Assembly (NCBI GenBank): GCA_949744075.1
Contig: CATJWI010000115.1
Coordinates: 676-64,675, forward strand
DNA from: an uncultured Eubacteriales bacterium
Lineage (GTDB): Bacteria; Bacillota; Clostridia; Oscillospirales; Oscillospiraceae
Reading direction: 5' to 3'
DNA length: 64,000 nucleotides
Below, piece after piece: positions 37,698 to 49,094 of the stretch. The notes beneath the pieces were generated by a model that was given only the letters and a program-made list of their open reading frames with translations, was not told the DNA's origin and searched no databases. Positions within the stretch are counted from its first letter, which is position 1, and every line of letters starts with the position of its first letter. A program made the translations under genes and the position numbers.

Positions 37698-38174
37698 TCA
37701 CAATGTTTGCTGCTGAGACAATTCTTGAAAATATCCCTTGACCAGGGCCACCGGGTCGAACCCCGGCGCTCCCCGGTCCAGGGCCCTCACCCGCTCGGTC
37801 AGGCCCCGGATGCAGCCCGCTGCGTCGGCGTACACGCTGCAGTGGGCCAGCTGGTGGATGCGGGCAGACCGGTCCGGGTCCACGGCGATGATGGTCCCGG
37901 CGTGCTCCATGCCGATGGTGTGGAAGTTGGCCCCGGACACCCCGAAGCCCACATAGACCTCCGGGGCCGTCCGTACCCCGCTGAGGCCGATCTCCCGGTC
38001 ATGGGCGATCCACTTGGCGTCCAGCGCTCCCCGGGTGCCTGCTGCTTGACCCCCCAGGAGCTCCGCCAGCTCCACCATGGCAAAAAAGCCCTCCCGGCTG
38101 CCCAGGCCCCGGCCTCCGCACAGCACCAGCCGGGCCGCGGCCAGGCTGCCGGTAAGGCTGGAGGGCCTATGCTC
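37698..38174 (-). pseudogene. Electron transfer flavoprotein alpha C-terminal (FAD-binding) domain with no own start; fragment or frameshifted fusion
   Basis: GGRGLGS, GTR, IGLSG, GVSGANFH..GM, IIAV..D; no ATG/RBS before the domain. Confidence 0.6.
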
Positions 38175-39315
38175 AGCGGAAGATGTTACCGCTGATGATG
38201 AGCCGCTGGATCTCATTGGTTCCCTCGTAGATCTGGGTGATCTTGGCGTCCCGGAACATCCGCTCCACATGCTGTTCCCGCATGTAGCCCGCGCCGCCCA
38301 TGTTCTGGACGCACTCGGTGGTCACGTGCATGGCCAGGTTGGTGCAGGCCAGCTTGGCCTTGGAGGCGGCGATGGAGAAGTCCTCCCCGTTCTGCTGGAG
38401 CCACACGCCCTTGTAAAGCAGCAGCCGGGCCATCTCGATCTCCACCTCCAGATCGGCCATCTTGAAGGCGGGGTACTGGTTGGCGCAGATGGGCTTGCCG
38501 AACTGCTTCCGGTTCATCATGTAGTCCCGGGTGATGTCAAAGGCGGCCTGGGCCAGCCCCAGGCCTTGGGCGGCCACCCCCAGGCGGCCGGCGTTCAGGG
38601 CGGTGAGGGCGTAGCGGAAGCCCTTGCCCTCCTCCCCGATGAGACGGTCGGCGGGCAGGTGCACGTCCTGGAACACCAGCTCGGTGACCTTGGCGGTGTT
38701 GATGCCGCACTTGTTCTCCACGTGGGCAATGGTGACGCCGGGGGTGGTCTTCAGGTCCACCAGGAAGGCGCTGAGGCCCTTGGAGCCCTTGGAGGGGTCG
38801 GTGTTGGCGATGAGCATGCAGTAGTCGGCGATGGCGCCGTTGGTGATGAAGTGCTTGGTGCCGTTGACGATGTACTCGTCCCCTTGGCGGATAGCAGTGG
38901 TCTTAGCCGAGCCCGCGTCAGAGCCGGCGTCGGGCTCAGTGAGGGCGAAGCAGCCGATGGCGTCGCCGCTGAAGAGCCGCGGCATGCAGTGCATCTTCTG
39001 TGCGTCGTTTCCGAAGGTGTCAATGCCGGTGGTGAAGGTGGAAGAGATAGCGTAGGCGATGCCGAAGGCGGAGTCCACCTTGCACAGCTCCTCCACCACC
39101 AGGATGAAGGACAGGTAGTCGATGCCCTTCCCGCCGTACTTCTTGTCAAACTGCAGGCCGATGAGCCCCTCGTCCCCCAGCTTCTTCAGCAACTCCATCG
39201 GGAAAACCTCGGTCCGGTCCCGCTCCAGCACTCCGGGGGCCAACTCCCGCTGGGCAAAGGCCCGGGCCTTGGCCTGGATCTCTTTTTGAGCCTGTGTCAA
39301 CGCAAAATCCATCAT
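38173..39315 (-). CDS. Acyl-CoA dehydrogenase
   Basis: FALTEPDAGSDA, NGTKHFITN, RKQFGK, GGAGY, IYEGTNEIQ. Confidence 0.95.
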   Translation of the reverse strand: MMDFALTQAQKEIQAKARAFAQRELAPGVLERDRTEVFPMELLKKLGDEGLIGLQFDKKYGGKGIDYLSFILVVEELCKVDSAFGIAYAISSTFTTGIDTFGNDAQKMHCMPRLFSGDAIGCFALTEPDAGSDAGSAKTTAIRQGDEYIVNGTKHFITNGAIADYCMLIANTDPSKGSKGLSAFLVDLKTTPGVTIAHVENKCGINTAKVTELVFQDVHLPADRLIGEEGKGFRYALTALNAGRLGVAAQGLGLAQAAFDITRDYMMNRKQFGKPICANQYPAFKMADLEVEIEMARLLLYKGVWLQQNGEDFSIAASKAKLACTNLAMHVTTECVQNMGGAGYMREQHVERMFRDAKITQIYEGTNEIQRLIISGNIFR

Positions 39316-39378
39316 GTCTTTTTTCTCCTTTTCATCCAATTTATTTGGTGAGAACTTCTTCTCTAACTCAATTAATGC

Positions 39379-39394
39379 AGCAATATTTGTGCCA
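39379..39394 (-). promoter_or_regulatory. Sigma-54 -24/-12 promoter
   Basis: TGGCAC-AAATA-TTGCT. Confidence 0.8.
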
Positions 39395-39517
39395 ACTTTT
39401 TCTTCGGGCCCTTGATCGTCTGAAAACAGATATTTTTTACAAGGGTATCCCCTTCCATATTCCTCTGTCTATGCGTTTTTTACAACACTTTCCCGTTAAA
39501 AAAGTGACATTCCCGCG

Positions 39518-39547
39518 CCGTTTTTGGAGCGTTTCATTTTTAAAGCG
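39518..39547. promoter_or_regulatory. Putative sigma-54 activator binding site (UAS), copy 1
   Basis: CCGTTTTTGGAGCGTTTCATTTTTAAAGCG, 124 bp upstream of the -24 box. Confidence 0.65.
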
Positions 39548-39602
39548 TCATTTTTGCAATCCCGGCCCCATCCGTCCCAAAAATAAAACAGGTCTGCCGA
39601 TC

Positions 39603-40589
39603 TTACCTTGCCCAATAGCGGTAGAGGCCCTCCTCCTTCCGTCGTTCCACCCGGCCTTGGGCCTCCAGGTGGTAGAGGTGGGCCAGGGTCTCCCCCATGG
39701 CGAACCACTTATGGTGGGGCGGGAATTGCTCCAGCGCCTGGCCCCGGGCCGACCACTTCACATGGCCGGCCACCCCAAAGGCTGTGGAGTCGGGATGCTG
39801 CTTCACCGCCTGGAGCATCTCCTCCAACCGCCAGTCGTGGTGGTCCCGCAGCTCCCGGATGCGGCGGTACAACTCCTTGCCCTCCTTCCGGTGGGCCGGA
39901 AAGGTCCGCTTCACCGGAAGGGCCTCGATCTTTTTCAGGCTCTCCAGATAGCTGGCCAGGGAGCCCTCCACCCCTTTCCACACGCTGATATTGGGGGTGA
40001 TATCAAAGAGGATATGGTCGGCGGAGAACAGGAACTGGGGTTGGGGCAGATAGAGCAGGGTCTGTCCCGGGGTGTGGCCGGGCACCGTCACGCACCGGAG
40101 GACCACGTCCCCCACCCGCAACTCCTGTCCGTCCTCTACGGGGGTAATGGGGAAGATGCCGTTGGGGGCGTATCTCCGCCCCTGGTTGCCGGTGAGCTGG
40201 AGCTCCAGTTCATCCGCCGGGAAGCCCTCGGACACAAAGAGGTCCTCCATATAGCCCCAGACCTCTCCCCGCTTGATGGCGCAGAAATAGTCGTAGTCCA
40301 CCGGGTTCATATAGATGGTGGAGCCGTTCACCGCGAAGAGCTCGGCCAGGCCGATGTGGTCGGAGTGGAGGTGGGTCAGGAACAGGTCCGTCCGGTCCAG
40401 GGCCACACCCAGCTCCGCCAGGCCGGTGAGCAGCGCCTCCCGGCACTCGGGCCGGTTGAAGCCGGTGTCGATGACCAGGTTCCGCTCCAAAGTCTTCAGC
40501 ACATAGCAGTTCAGATTTTTCAGCGGGTTTTCCGGCAGGGTGATATGGATGCTGTACAGCTCCGGGCTCTCAGACAGTTGTGTGGTCAT
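39603..40589 (-). CDS. Metallo-beta-lactamase-fold hydrolase with C-terminal winged helix
   Basis: THLHSDHIG, PGHTPG, DHILFDITPN, PAH, ETLAHL. Confidence 0.9.
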   Translation of the reverse strand: MTTQLSESPELYSIHITLPENPLKNLNCYVLKTLERNLVIDTGFNRPECREALLTGLAELGVALDRTDLFLTHLHSDHIGLAELFAVNGSTIYMNPVDYDYFCAIKRGEVWGYMEDLFVSEGFPADELELQLTGNQGRRYAPNGIFPITPVEDGQELRVGDVVLRCVTVPGHTPGQTLLYLPQPQFLFSADHILFDITPNISVWKGVEGSLASYLESLKKIEALPVKRTFPAHRKEGKELYRRIRELRDHHDWRLEEMLQAVKQHPDSTAFGVAGHVKWSARGQALEQFPPHHKWFAMGETLAHLYHLEAQGRVERRKEEGLYRYWAR

Positions 40590-40668
40590 GGCTTTTCTCC
40601 TTCAAAATCGAAAATTTTTCCTCCGCCGCCTTTTGATGGAGCGGCATGGTCCTTCTGTCTATATATTA

Positions 40669-40684
40669 AGCATCTTTCATGCCA
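40669..40684 (-). promoter_or_regulatory. Sigma-54 -24/-12 promoter
   Basis: TGGCAT-GAAAG-ATGCT. Confidence 0.7.
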
Positions 40685-40807
40685 ACTTTTTAAAAACCCT
40701 GGGGGCCAGTGGAAAATAGACATTGTTTATAGGCAATACCCTATGATTTCTCCTCCGAGTGCACGTTTTTCACAGCGTCGCTCGAAAAAGATCCCCCCAT
40801 TCCGCCT

Positions 40808-40837
40808 CCGTTTTTGGAGCGTTTCATTTTTAGAGCG
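40808..40837. promoter_or_regulatory. Putative UAS, copy 2
   Basis: CCGTTTTTGGAGCGTTTCATTTTTAGAGCG (29/30 identical to copy 1), 124 bp upstream of the -24 box. Confidence 0.65.
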
Positions 40838-40868
40838 CTGTTTTTCATCATTGCTCCCTTTTCACAGC

Positions 40869-40904
40869 AAAAGAGGGACGCCTTTTATCAGGCGTCCCTC
40901 TTTT
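40869..40904. terminator. Rho-independent terminator
   Basis: AAAAGAGGGACGCC-loop-GGCGTCCCTCTTTT. Confidence 0.75.
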
Positions 40905-40930
40905 CCTCTGTTCTTTTGTCCGGGCGGAGC

Positions 40931-42064
<1,134 letters not shown>

Positions 42065-42188
42065 AACAACGACCTCCTTATTCAAGTGAAAATCTGCTTC
42101 CAGCTTCTATCGGACTATATATTTTCACTATATCACCAACAAATAATTCTGTCAACAAATTGTTTTTGGACAGAACTTACAAATCGTC

Positions 42189-43424
42189 TTATTTCTCTCC
42201 GGCGGCGGAGCCATCGGCCAGGAACTTGTCGATCTGAGCGTCGGTGTAGCCGTACTCCTTCAGGATCTCCACCGTGTGCTGGCCCACCCGGGGAGCCTGC
42301 CGGTCCATGGTGGGGGCAATGTCCTCGATAGTCTTGGGCTCGGTGAGGCAGAAGCGGATGGGGGTGGCGGGCTGCTTGGTAACGGTGCCGTCGTTGTTCT
42401 TCATGGGCACCAGGTACATATTCTCCAGCGCCTGGGGATCGTCCAGCACCTCCTTGATGTGCTGCACGTGGTCATAGGCGATATCCGCCCGGGCAAACAT
42501 GCCCTCGATCTCCTTCATGGTGTGCTTGCCAAACTCGGCGGCCAGGATGGCCACCAGCTCGGCGCTGTGAGCCTTGGAGCCCGCAGCGTTGGCAAAATCA
42601 GGGTGGTCCACCAGGTCCTCCCGGCCCAGCTCCTTGAACAGGGCGTTGTTGTAGCGGTCGGGCTCCAGGATGCTCATGTAGAACCACTTGTCGTCAGAGC
42701 TCTTGAAGGTATCCATCACGGGAGAGCCGGGGTTCAGCCGGGTCTTGGGATACTCGTCGCCGTACTGGGTGGAGACCATGCCCGCGCTCTCGCTCCAAAT
42801 GGCCTGGGCAAAGAGAGAGATCATGACCTTGCAGCCCTTGCCGGTCTTTGCCTTCTGGTAGAGGGCAGCGGCAATGCCGCCGGCCAGGGAGCAGGAGGTG
42901 GTGGCGTCGCCAAAGCCGATGAGGGGGTTGATGGGGCTGGTGTCCTTCTCGGTGAGGTCGATCATGGCGCCAGACCGGGCCCAGAAGGCCACGGTGTCGA
43001 AGCCGGCGTTGTCCTTGGCGGGGCCGAAATCACCGAAGCCGTTGATCTGAGCCCAGATGATGTGGGGATGCTTCTTGCTCATGGCCTCGTAGTCCAGGCC
43101 CAGCCGCTTCAGGGCGCCGGTGCGGTAGCTGGACACGAAGACGTCGGCGGTCTCCAGCATCTTGTCCAGGATGGCCTTGCCGTCCTCGCTCTTCAGGTTC
43201 AGGGAGATGCCCCGCTTATTGGCGTTATAGGCAGTATAGAAGGGGTTGCAGTCGGGCTGGGTGGGGCAGGACATGGTGGCGCCGGTGCCCCGGCCGGGAT
43301 CGCCGAAGGAGGGCTCCACCTTAATGACGTCGGCGCCCCAGTCCGCCAGGATCCGGGCGCCGCCGGGGCCGGCCACAAAGTAAGTCAGATCGATGACCTT
43401 TACGCCTTCCAGAGGTTTAAACAT
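42189..43424 (-). CDS. Family III CoA-transferase (CaiB/BaiF)
   Basis: PLEGVKVIDL, AGP, GADVIKVE, NKR, GFD, FGD active-site Asp, GQHT. Confidence 0.93.
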   Translation of the reverse strand: MFKPLEGVKVIDLTYFVAGPGGARILADWGADVIKVEPSFGDPGRGTGATMSCPTQPDCNPFYTAYNANKRGISLNLKSEDGKAILDKMLETADVFVSSYRTGALKRLGLDYEAMSKKHPHIIWAQINGFGDFGPAKDNAGFDTVAFWARSGAMIDLTEKDTSPINPLIGFGDATTSCSLAGGIAAALYQKAKTGKGCKVMISLFAQAIWSESAGMVSTQYGDEYPKTRLNPGSPVMDTFKSSDDKWFYMSILEPDRYNNALFKELGREDLVDHPDFANAAGSKAHSAELVAILAAEFGKHTMKEIEGMFARADIAYDHVQHIKEVLDDPQALENMYLVPMKNNDGTVTKQPATPIRFCLTEPKTIEDIAPTMDRQAPRVGQHTVEILKEYGYTDAQIDKFLADGSAAGEK

Positions 43425-43554
43425 AGTAAAAGACTCCTTTCATTTGTTGGTCCAGACACGGACAGCGGAGCACGGATGCTCCGCTGCCGCGCCGGTCCAG
43501 TGTATCAATATGGGAGGTAGATACCGAATGTAGTATGTTTCGTTCCCGTACCGG

Positions 43555-44862
43555 TCAGGGCAGAGCGGGGAACAGGGTGAACAGCACCGCACCCAGAGCC
43601 GCACCGATGAAGGGGATGACCACGGTCAACACGAAGGTCAGGCCGTAGGAATCCTTGTGGGTCTCCCGGCAAAGGCCGTTGGTGACGGTGACGATGTAGC
43701 CGTTGTGGGGCAGGGAGTCCAGAGCAGAGGAGGACAGCGCCATCACCCGGTGGATGATAGAGGGGGCGATGCCCATGGACTGATAGGCCGGGCCCAGGAT
43801 GGGCACCGCGATGCCCAAGCCGCCGGAAGCGGAGCCGCAGATACCGCAGATGACGTTGGTGCCGATGAGCAGGCCGAACAGGCCGGGCAGGTTCACCACG
43901 CCGTTGGTGATGATGGAGAACACCGGGCTGTTGGAGGCCACGCCGCCGAAGCCGTTGACGGCGCAGGTGTTGGTGATGGACACAATGGCCATGGCCGCGG
44001 CGTCGGCAAAGATGTTGGGCAGGTTCTTCATGTCCACATACTTGTGCATCAGCAACACGGCGCTGACAGCGCCGGCCAGCACGCCGCCCTCAGCAGGGCA
44101 GGAGAAGGAGCCCACCTTGAAGTTCACCAGGAAGATAGTGATGACCAGGGGCAGGATGGCCACGATGGGGTTGGGCAGAGCCTCGCCCTCAACGCCCATG
44201 TCGTCGCCTTCCTTGGCCACAAAGTGCTCGCCCCGGGCCTTGGCCCGGTCCAGCCAGATCTTCAGATAGATGATGCCGACCACCAGCATAAAGCCGCAGG
44301 CGATGAAGCCGTTGACCGCACCGGCCATGTAGGTGGTGCCCAGCTCGGTAGAGGGCACGTTGTTGTGGATCTGCACAGCGCCGGGGGCGATCATGGCGAA
44401 GGTGGAGCAGCCGAAGCACAGGGCGCCGGGGATGGCCCGGCGGGGCAGGTCGGCGGCCTCCCAGACCTGGAGGGCGATGGAGATGACACCGAAGGAGCAC
44501 ACGAAGGCGGTGACGCCGCCGTAGCAGAGGATACCGCAGGCCAGAGGCACCGAGATAAAGGCCCACTTGGTGCCCATGACCTTAATGATGGCCTTGGCAA
44601 TGGACTTGGCCGCGCCGGTGATATCCATGGCTTTGGCCAAGAGGGTACCGGTGAGGAAGATCAGGAAGTTGTTTTTAAAGAAGTTGGTGAAGCCGGTCAT
44701 GAAGTGGACCTTGTAGGCCTCATAGACGTTCATCTGGCAGAACAGGGCCACCACCAGAGTACAGGCGAACACGGTGAGGTAGATGTTGAAGCCCTTCATG
44801 ATCATCCACATCAACAATGCGAATGCCAGGATCAGGCCGATCAAACCGATGGTATTTGACAT
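43555..44862 (-). CDS. GntP-family permease
   Basis: YGG, PGAVQIHN, GSASGG, DSLPHNG; ~11 TM. Confidence 0.88.
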   Translation of the reverse strand: MSNTIGLIGLILAFALLMWMIMKGFNIYLTVFACTLVVALFCQMNVYEAYKVHFMTGFTNFFKNNFLIFLTGTLLAKAMDITGAAKSIAKAIIKVMGTKWAFISVPLACGILCYGGVTAFVCSFGVISIALQVWEAADLPRRAIPGALCFGCSTFAMIAPGAVQIHNNVPSTELGTTYMAGAVNGFIACGFMLVVGIIYLKIWLDRAKARGEHFVAKEGDDMGVEGEALPNPIVAILPLVITIFLVNFKVGSFSCPAEGGVLAGAVSAVLLMHKYVDMKNLPNIFADAAAMAIVSITNTCAVNGFGGVASNSPVFSIITNGVVNLPGLFGLLIGTNVICGICGSASGGLGIAVPILGPAYQSMGIAPSIIHRVMALSSSALDSLPHNGYIVTVTNGLCRETHKDSYGLTFVLTVVIPFIGAALGAVLFTLFPALP

Positions 44863-44909
44863 GATTTTATTCCTCCATCTCTATTTACTCTTGGAACACA
44901 CACAGATCC

Positions 44910-45719
44910 TTATTTGTTCTTGAACACAGCGGGACGCTTGGCCAGGAAGGCATCCATGCCTTCCTGCTTATCCTCGGTGCCAAAGGTGACGGCGGCCAGG
45001 TCCTTCTCCAGTTCCAGGCCGGCCCGGAGGTCCACATCCATGCCCCGGTTGATGGCCACCTTGGCGTAGCTGATAGCGATGGGGGCCTTGCCAATGATGG
45101 TCTTCATCATGGCCTTGGCCTCGTCCAGCAGAGACTCGGCGGGGACCACCTTGTTGACAAGGCCGATCTCCTTGGCCTCGTCGGCCTTCACCTGGCGGCA
45201 GGTGTAGATGAGCTCCTTGGCAATGCCGGTGCCCACCAGGCGGGGCAGCCGCTGGGTGCCACCAAAGCAGGGGATAACGCCCAGGTTGGCCTCGGGCTGG
45301 CCGAAGACGGCCTTGTCGGAGGCAATGCGGATGTCGCAGGACATGCTCAGCTCGCAGCCGCCGCCCAGGGCGTAGCCGTTCACCGCGGCGATGACGGGCT
45401 TCTCGATGCCCTCGATCTTGTTGAACAGGGTCTGGGCCCGGTCGGCGTAGGCACGGCCCTCGCCGGGACCATAGGGCTGCATCTGGGAGATGTCGGCGCC
45501 GGCCACGAAGCCCTTGCCCTCTCCGGTGATGATGACGCCCAGGATGTCCTTGTCCTCGGCCAGGTGGGTGAAGATAGTGTCCAGCTCACCCAGGGTCTTG
45601 TCGTTCAAGGCGTTGAGCGCCTTGGGACGGTTCATGGTGATGACGGCAATGCCGCCCTCCACCTCCAGCTTGGTGTTCTCCAAGCTGGCCGCCAGGGCCT
45701 TGCAGTTCTCACACATCAT
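44910..45719 (-). CDS. Enoyl-CoA hydratase (crotonase family)
   Basis: NRPKALNALN, FVAGADI, NGYALGGGCEL, FGQPE, GGTQRLPRLVG. Confidence 0.95.
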   Translation of the reverse strand: MMCENCKALAASLENTKLEVEGGIAVITMNRPKALNALNDKTLGELDTIFTHLAEDKDILGVIITGEGKGFVAGADISQMQPYGPGEGRAYADRAQTLFNKIEGIEKPVIAAVNGYALGGGCELSMSCDIRIASDKAVFGQPEANLGVIPCFGGTQRLPRLVGTGIAKELIYTCRQVKADEAKEIGLVNKVVPAESLLDEAKAMMKTIIGKAPIAISYAKVAINRGMDVDLRAGLELEKDLAAVTFGTEDKQEGMDAFLAKRPAVFKNK

Positions 45720-45775
45720 TTTTCGACCTCCTACCAAAAATTTTTATGACAAAACGTTCTGCGCCTTTTACCTAT

Positions 45776-45791
45776 AGCACATCCTGTGCCA
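45776..45791 (-). promoter_or_regulatory. Sigma-54 -24/-12 promoter
   Basis: TGGCAC-AGGAT-GTGCT. Confidence 0.75.
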
Positions 45792-45873
45792 ACTTTCGCC
45801 ATGTCCCCTCCGCTCTCTCTTCTTTCACGGGGCCTTTCCTTTATTCCCAAGGGAAAAATAGTTAAAAAATAGA

Positions 45874-45914
45874 CAAGCCCTTCTTTTCCGGCGGGAAAGG
45901 AGGGCTTGTTTTTT
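45874..45914. terminator. Hairpin / terminator downstream of the activator gene
   Basis: ACAAGCCCTTCTTT-loop-AAAGGAGGGCTTGT. Confidence 0.6.
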
Positions 45915-45919
45915 GCGTT

Positions 45920-45949
45920 CTATTTTTGGAACGTTTCATTTTCGGGTCG
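45920..45949. promoter_or_regulatory. Putative UAS, copy 3
   Basis: CTATTTTTGGAACGTTTCATTTTCGGGTCG, ~129 bp upstream of the -24 box. Confidence 0.55.
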
Positions 45950-45972
45950 CAATTTTTGAATCGTTTGTTTCT

Positions 45973-47430
45973 CTATCCATATTTTTCTGTATAAATGTTT
46001 TTCTTGCGAACAAAAGTGGCCAGGCTCATGCCCAGGCTGTCAGAGGCCTTCCGCACACTGTGGAAGTGCTCGTAGGCGTCCTGGATCATGGCAAATTCGA
46101 TGCGCTCCAGGCGCTCCTTCATGGGGATGCTCTCCTCCCAGCCCAAGGCCCTGGCCACCTCCGCCATGTGGTTGTTGGACCCGGCGCCCTGGGGCGCCGG
46201 GTCCTGGCCGGTGCTGGCCAGGAGGGCGTCCGTCGGCCGGAACTTCCCCGGCAAGTCCCCCAGTTCGATGGTAAAGCCGTCGCAGGTGGCATAGGCTCCC
46301 TTGATCACGTTGTCCAGCTCCCGGATGTTTCCGGGCCAGTCATACTCCCGGAAGCACTCCAGGACCTCCTTGGAGAAAGCCACCGACTGCTTGTACTCGT
46401 TGTTCAGCTTGTTGAGGAAGTATACCGCCTGCTCCGCGATGTCCTCCCGGCGGAACCGCAGGGGGACCAGCTCGATGTTAATGACGTTGAGCCGGTAGTA
46501 GAGGTCCTCCCGGAACTCCCCCTTGGCCACCATGGCCGCCAGGTCCTTCCGGGTGGCCGAGATCACCCGCACGTCCACCGGCAGGGAGCCGTGGCCGCCC
46601 ACCGGGTCGATCTCCTTCTCCTGGAGGACCCGCAGCAACTTGGCCTGCATGGACAGAGGCATGTCGCCGATCTCATCCAGGAAGATAGTCCCCCCGTCGG
46701 CCAGCTGGAATTTGCCTTTTTTGCCTCCCTTTTTTGCCCCGGTGAAAGCCCCCTCCTCGTAGCCGAAAAGCTCTGACTCCAGCAGCTCCGCCGGGATGGC
46801 GGCGCAGTTGATGCACACCATGGGCATCTTGGCCCGGGCGCTGGTGTTGTGGATGGCCCGGGCGAAGACCTCCTTGCCGGTGCCCGTCTCGCCGGTGAGC
46901 ACCACGGGGAAGTTAGTCTTGGCCGCTTTGATGCCCTCCTTGATCTTCCGCTGGTAGCGCTCGCTGCTGCCCACGATGTTCTGGAAGGTGTAGTTCTTCC
47001 GGTCGGAGGTCTCGTACTCCTGGCGGTAGAACTCCATGGCGTTATATTCCTTCATCATCCGCTTGGCGCTCTCCACCATCTGCTGGCGGAAGTGGACCTG
47101 GGCGATGCCGGCGATGATCTCCCCCGCGTCGTCACGGACGCAGGCCCGGCTCACCAGTACAAAGTCGTCGTCGGCGTCCCGGGTGTAGCCCGGCACGTAC
47201 TTGTGAAGGGCCAGTTCATCCTCGTAGCCGTACTTCACCACCTCCAGCATCTTGGAGTTGGGGATGCTTTCCCGGATGTCCCGGCCCACGATCCAGTTCC
47301 GGGGATGGCCCAGGTATTCGGCGTAGCATTCGCTGATGTCGATGACGATCCCCTCGGTATCCACCACGATGAAGCCGTCGTTGGACATGCGCAGGGTCTC
47401 ATTGAAAATGTACTTGTATTTCTCCTCCAT
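45973..47430 (-). CDS. Sigma-54-dependent transcriptional activator (PAS-AAA+-HTH)
   Basis: [43 protein letters not shown]. Confidence 0.95.
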   Translation of the reverse strand: MEEKYKYIFNETLRMSNDGFIVVDTEGIVIDISECYAEYLGHPRNWIVGRDIRESIPNSKMLEVVKYGYEDELALHKYVPGYTRDADDDFVLVSRACVRDDAGEIIAGIAQVHFRQQMVESAKRMMKEYNAMEFYRQEYETSDRKNYTFQNIVGSSERYQRKIKEGIKAAKTNFPVVLTGETGTGKEVFARAIHNTSARAKMPMVCINCAAIPAELLESELFGYEEGAFTGAKKGGKKGKFQLADGGTIFLDEIGDMPLSMQAKLLRVLQEKEIDPVGGHGSLPVDVRVISATRKDLAAMVAKGEFREDLYYRLNVINIELVPLRFRREDIAEQAVYFLNKLNNEYKQSVAFSKEVLECFREYDWPGNIRELDNVIKGAYATCDGFTIELGDLPGKFRPTDALLASTGQDPAPQGAGSNNHMAEVARALGWEESIPMKERLERIEFAMIQDAYEHFHSVRKASDSLGMSLATFVRKKNIYTEKYG

Positions 47431-47660
47431 GTTCCCCCTCCATTCCCGGTCGGTTGGCTGTTCCATTTTCAAACATAATCTAAAATCTTGCTTCTGTCAA
47501 GAAAAATCCAAATCGGCCCCGGGCTCCTCCGCTGTAAAAATTGAATTTCCAAAATCAAAAAGAAATTTACCACAGACTATGCTATAGTCCTGATACGAGG
47601 TGTTTGGGATGTTTTTCATGGGGAGAGGCGGAGCGATCCCAAGCCAAGGAAGGCGAGAAA

Positions 47661-47870
47661 ATGACGCCAGCAGGAGATGTGGGAAGCTGTCACGCAAAAC
47701 CCAGCTATGACGGCGTATTCTTTTACGCTGTGAAAACGACCGGCATCTACTGCCGCCCCTCCTGCCGGTCAAAGCTGCCCAAGCGGGAGAATATCTGCTT
47801 TTTCCAAACGGCGCAGGAGGCCCGCGCCGCGGGCTCTCGGCCCTGCAAGGGGTGGACAGTAAAATCCTAA
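47661..47870 (+). pseudogene. Degenerate Ada zinc-binding domain gene
   Basis: YDGVFFYAVKTTGIYCRPSC...RPCK; N-terminal QEMWEAVTQN lies in a shifted frame; last Cys lost. Confidence 0.65.
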
Positions 47871-48015
47871 TCATAGCCATGCTCCTTTTCGTTAGATTCT
47901 AACAAGTATTTTAAGTTCCCGCAGGATTTTGTTAGGAAATAACGAATACGGTTAGAGTAGAGTGAAAAAAACAGGGGCGGCCCGTGATTTTTAGCCACGC
48001 AGCCGCCCTCATTTT

Positions 48016-48066
48016 TTAACCTCAAAATTAATCCGAAAACTCCATTTAACCTCAAATTAACCTCAA
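48016..48066. repeat. Three TTAACCTCAA direct repeats next to the rpsI 3' end (possible integrase arm sites)
   Basis: Copies at 48016, 48046 and 48057 in an AT-rich tract. Confidence 0.6.
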
Positions 48067-48112
48067 CTTTTTTCGTTTCATTATATCAGATTATACCAAA
48101 ATTGGTTAAAAG

Positions 48113-48147
48113 AAAAATCCCCGGAACCATTGCGGTTCCGGGGATTT
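48113..48147 (-). terminator. rplM-rpsI terminator
   Basis: AAATCCCCGGAACC-loop-GGTTCCGGGGATTT plus T tract. Confidence 0.8.
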
Positions 48148-48156
48148 GCTGATAAA

Positions 48157-48561
48157 TCAGCGCTTAGAGAACTGAGGCGCACGGCGGGCGGCTTTCAAGC
48201 CGTACTTCTTCCGCTCCTTCATACGAGGATCGCGGGTCAGGAACCCAGCGGCCTTCAGGGCAGGGCGGTACTCGGGGTTGACCTCCAGCAGGGCACGGGC
48301 GATGCCGTGGCGGATGGCGCCGGCCTGGCCAGTGACGCCGCCGCCGGTGACGGTGGTCACGATGTCCACCTTGCCCACCAGGTCGGTGGTGACCAGGGGC
48401 TGCCGGACCACCATCTTCAGGGTCTCCAGGCCAAAATAATCGTCGATGTCACGGCCATTGATGGTGATGGCGCCGGTGCCGTTGGGGAAGAGATGCACCC
48501 GGGCCACAGAGGACTTCCGGCGGCCGGTGCCGTACAGGTAAGGCTTCTTGCTCTTATACAT
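48157..48561 (-). CDS. rpsI: 30S ribosomal protein S9
   Basis: [46 protein letters not shown]. Confidence 0.99.
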   Translation of the reverse strand: MYKSKKPYLYGTGRRKSSVARVHLFPNGTGAITINGRDIDDYFGLETLKMVVRQPLVTTDLVGKVDIVTTVTGGGVTGQAGAIRHGIARALLEVNPEYRPALKAAGFLTRDPRMKERKKYGLKAARRAPQFSKR

Positions 48562-48575
48562 ATTCCGTTACCTCC

Positions 48576-49007
48576 TTAGTCCATGGTCCAGGGCTCGGGC
48601 TTCTGGGCGGCATACTTGTGCTCGCTGCCGCGGCAGATGTGGAGCCGGGAGAGGGAATCCTTGGTGATGGTGTTCCGGGGCATCATGCCGCGGACGGCCA
48701 GCTTCATAGCCAGCTCGGGCTTCTCCTCCATGAGGATGCGGTACTGGGTCTCCTTCAGACCGCCCACCCAGCCGGAGTGGCGGCGGTAATACTTCTGCTC
48801 CAGCTTCTTGCCGGTGAGTACCGCCTTGTCGGCGTTGAGGATGATGACATAGTCCCCGCAGTCGGCGTGGGGGGTGTACTCGGGCTTGCGCTTACCACGC
48901 AGCAGATCGGCGGCGATGACAGCTGTCTTGCCCAGGGGCTTGCCGGCCGCGTCAAGGATGTACCACTTGCGGACGATGTTGCCCTTGTTTGCCATAAATG
49001 TGGACAT
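48576..49007 (-). CDS. rplM: 50S ribosomal protein L13
   Basis: RKWYILDA, LRGK.KP.YTPH.DCGD, YYRRHSG, AQKP. Confidence 0.99.
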   Translation of the reverse strand: MSTFMANKGNIVRKWYILDAAGKPLGKTAVIAADLLRGKRKPEYTPHADCGDYVIILNADKAVLTGKKLEQKYYRRHSGWVGGLKETQYRILMEEKPELAMKLAVRGMMPRNTITKDSLSRLHICRGSEHKYAAQKPEPWTMD

Positions 49008-49061
49008 GGTGTTACCTCCAATTCCTTATGCTCTCAAGAAAGAGCGATTTTACAATAGAAA

Positions 49062-49088
49062 GCGCCCCGAAACTGGACCTGCGGAGCG
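49062..49088 (-). ncRNA. Possible L13-leader-like hairpin in the rplM 5' UTR
   Basis: CGCTCCG...CGGGGCG stem right after the promoter. Confidence 0.4.
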
Positions 49089-49094
49089 TTTTGT

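Noticed and set aside
47497-47880. 127-aa minus-strand ORF as an intact gene
   Set aside because: Only the first ~10 codons look genuine; the rest is antisense to the Ada remnant
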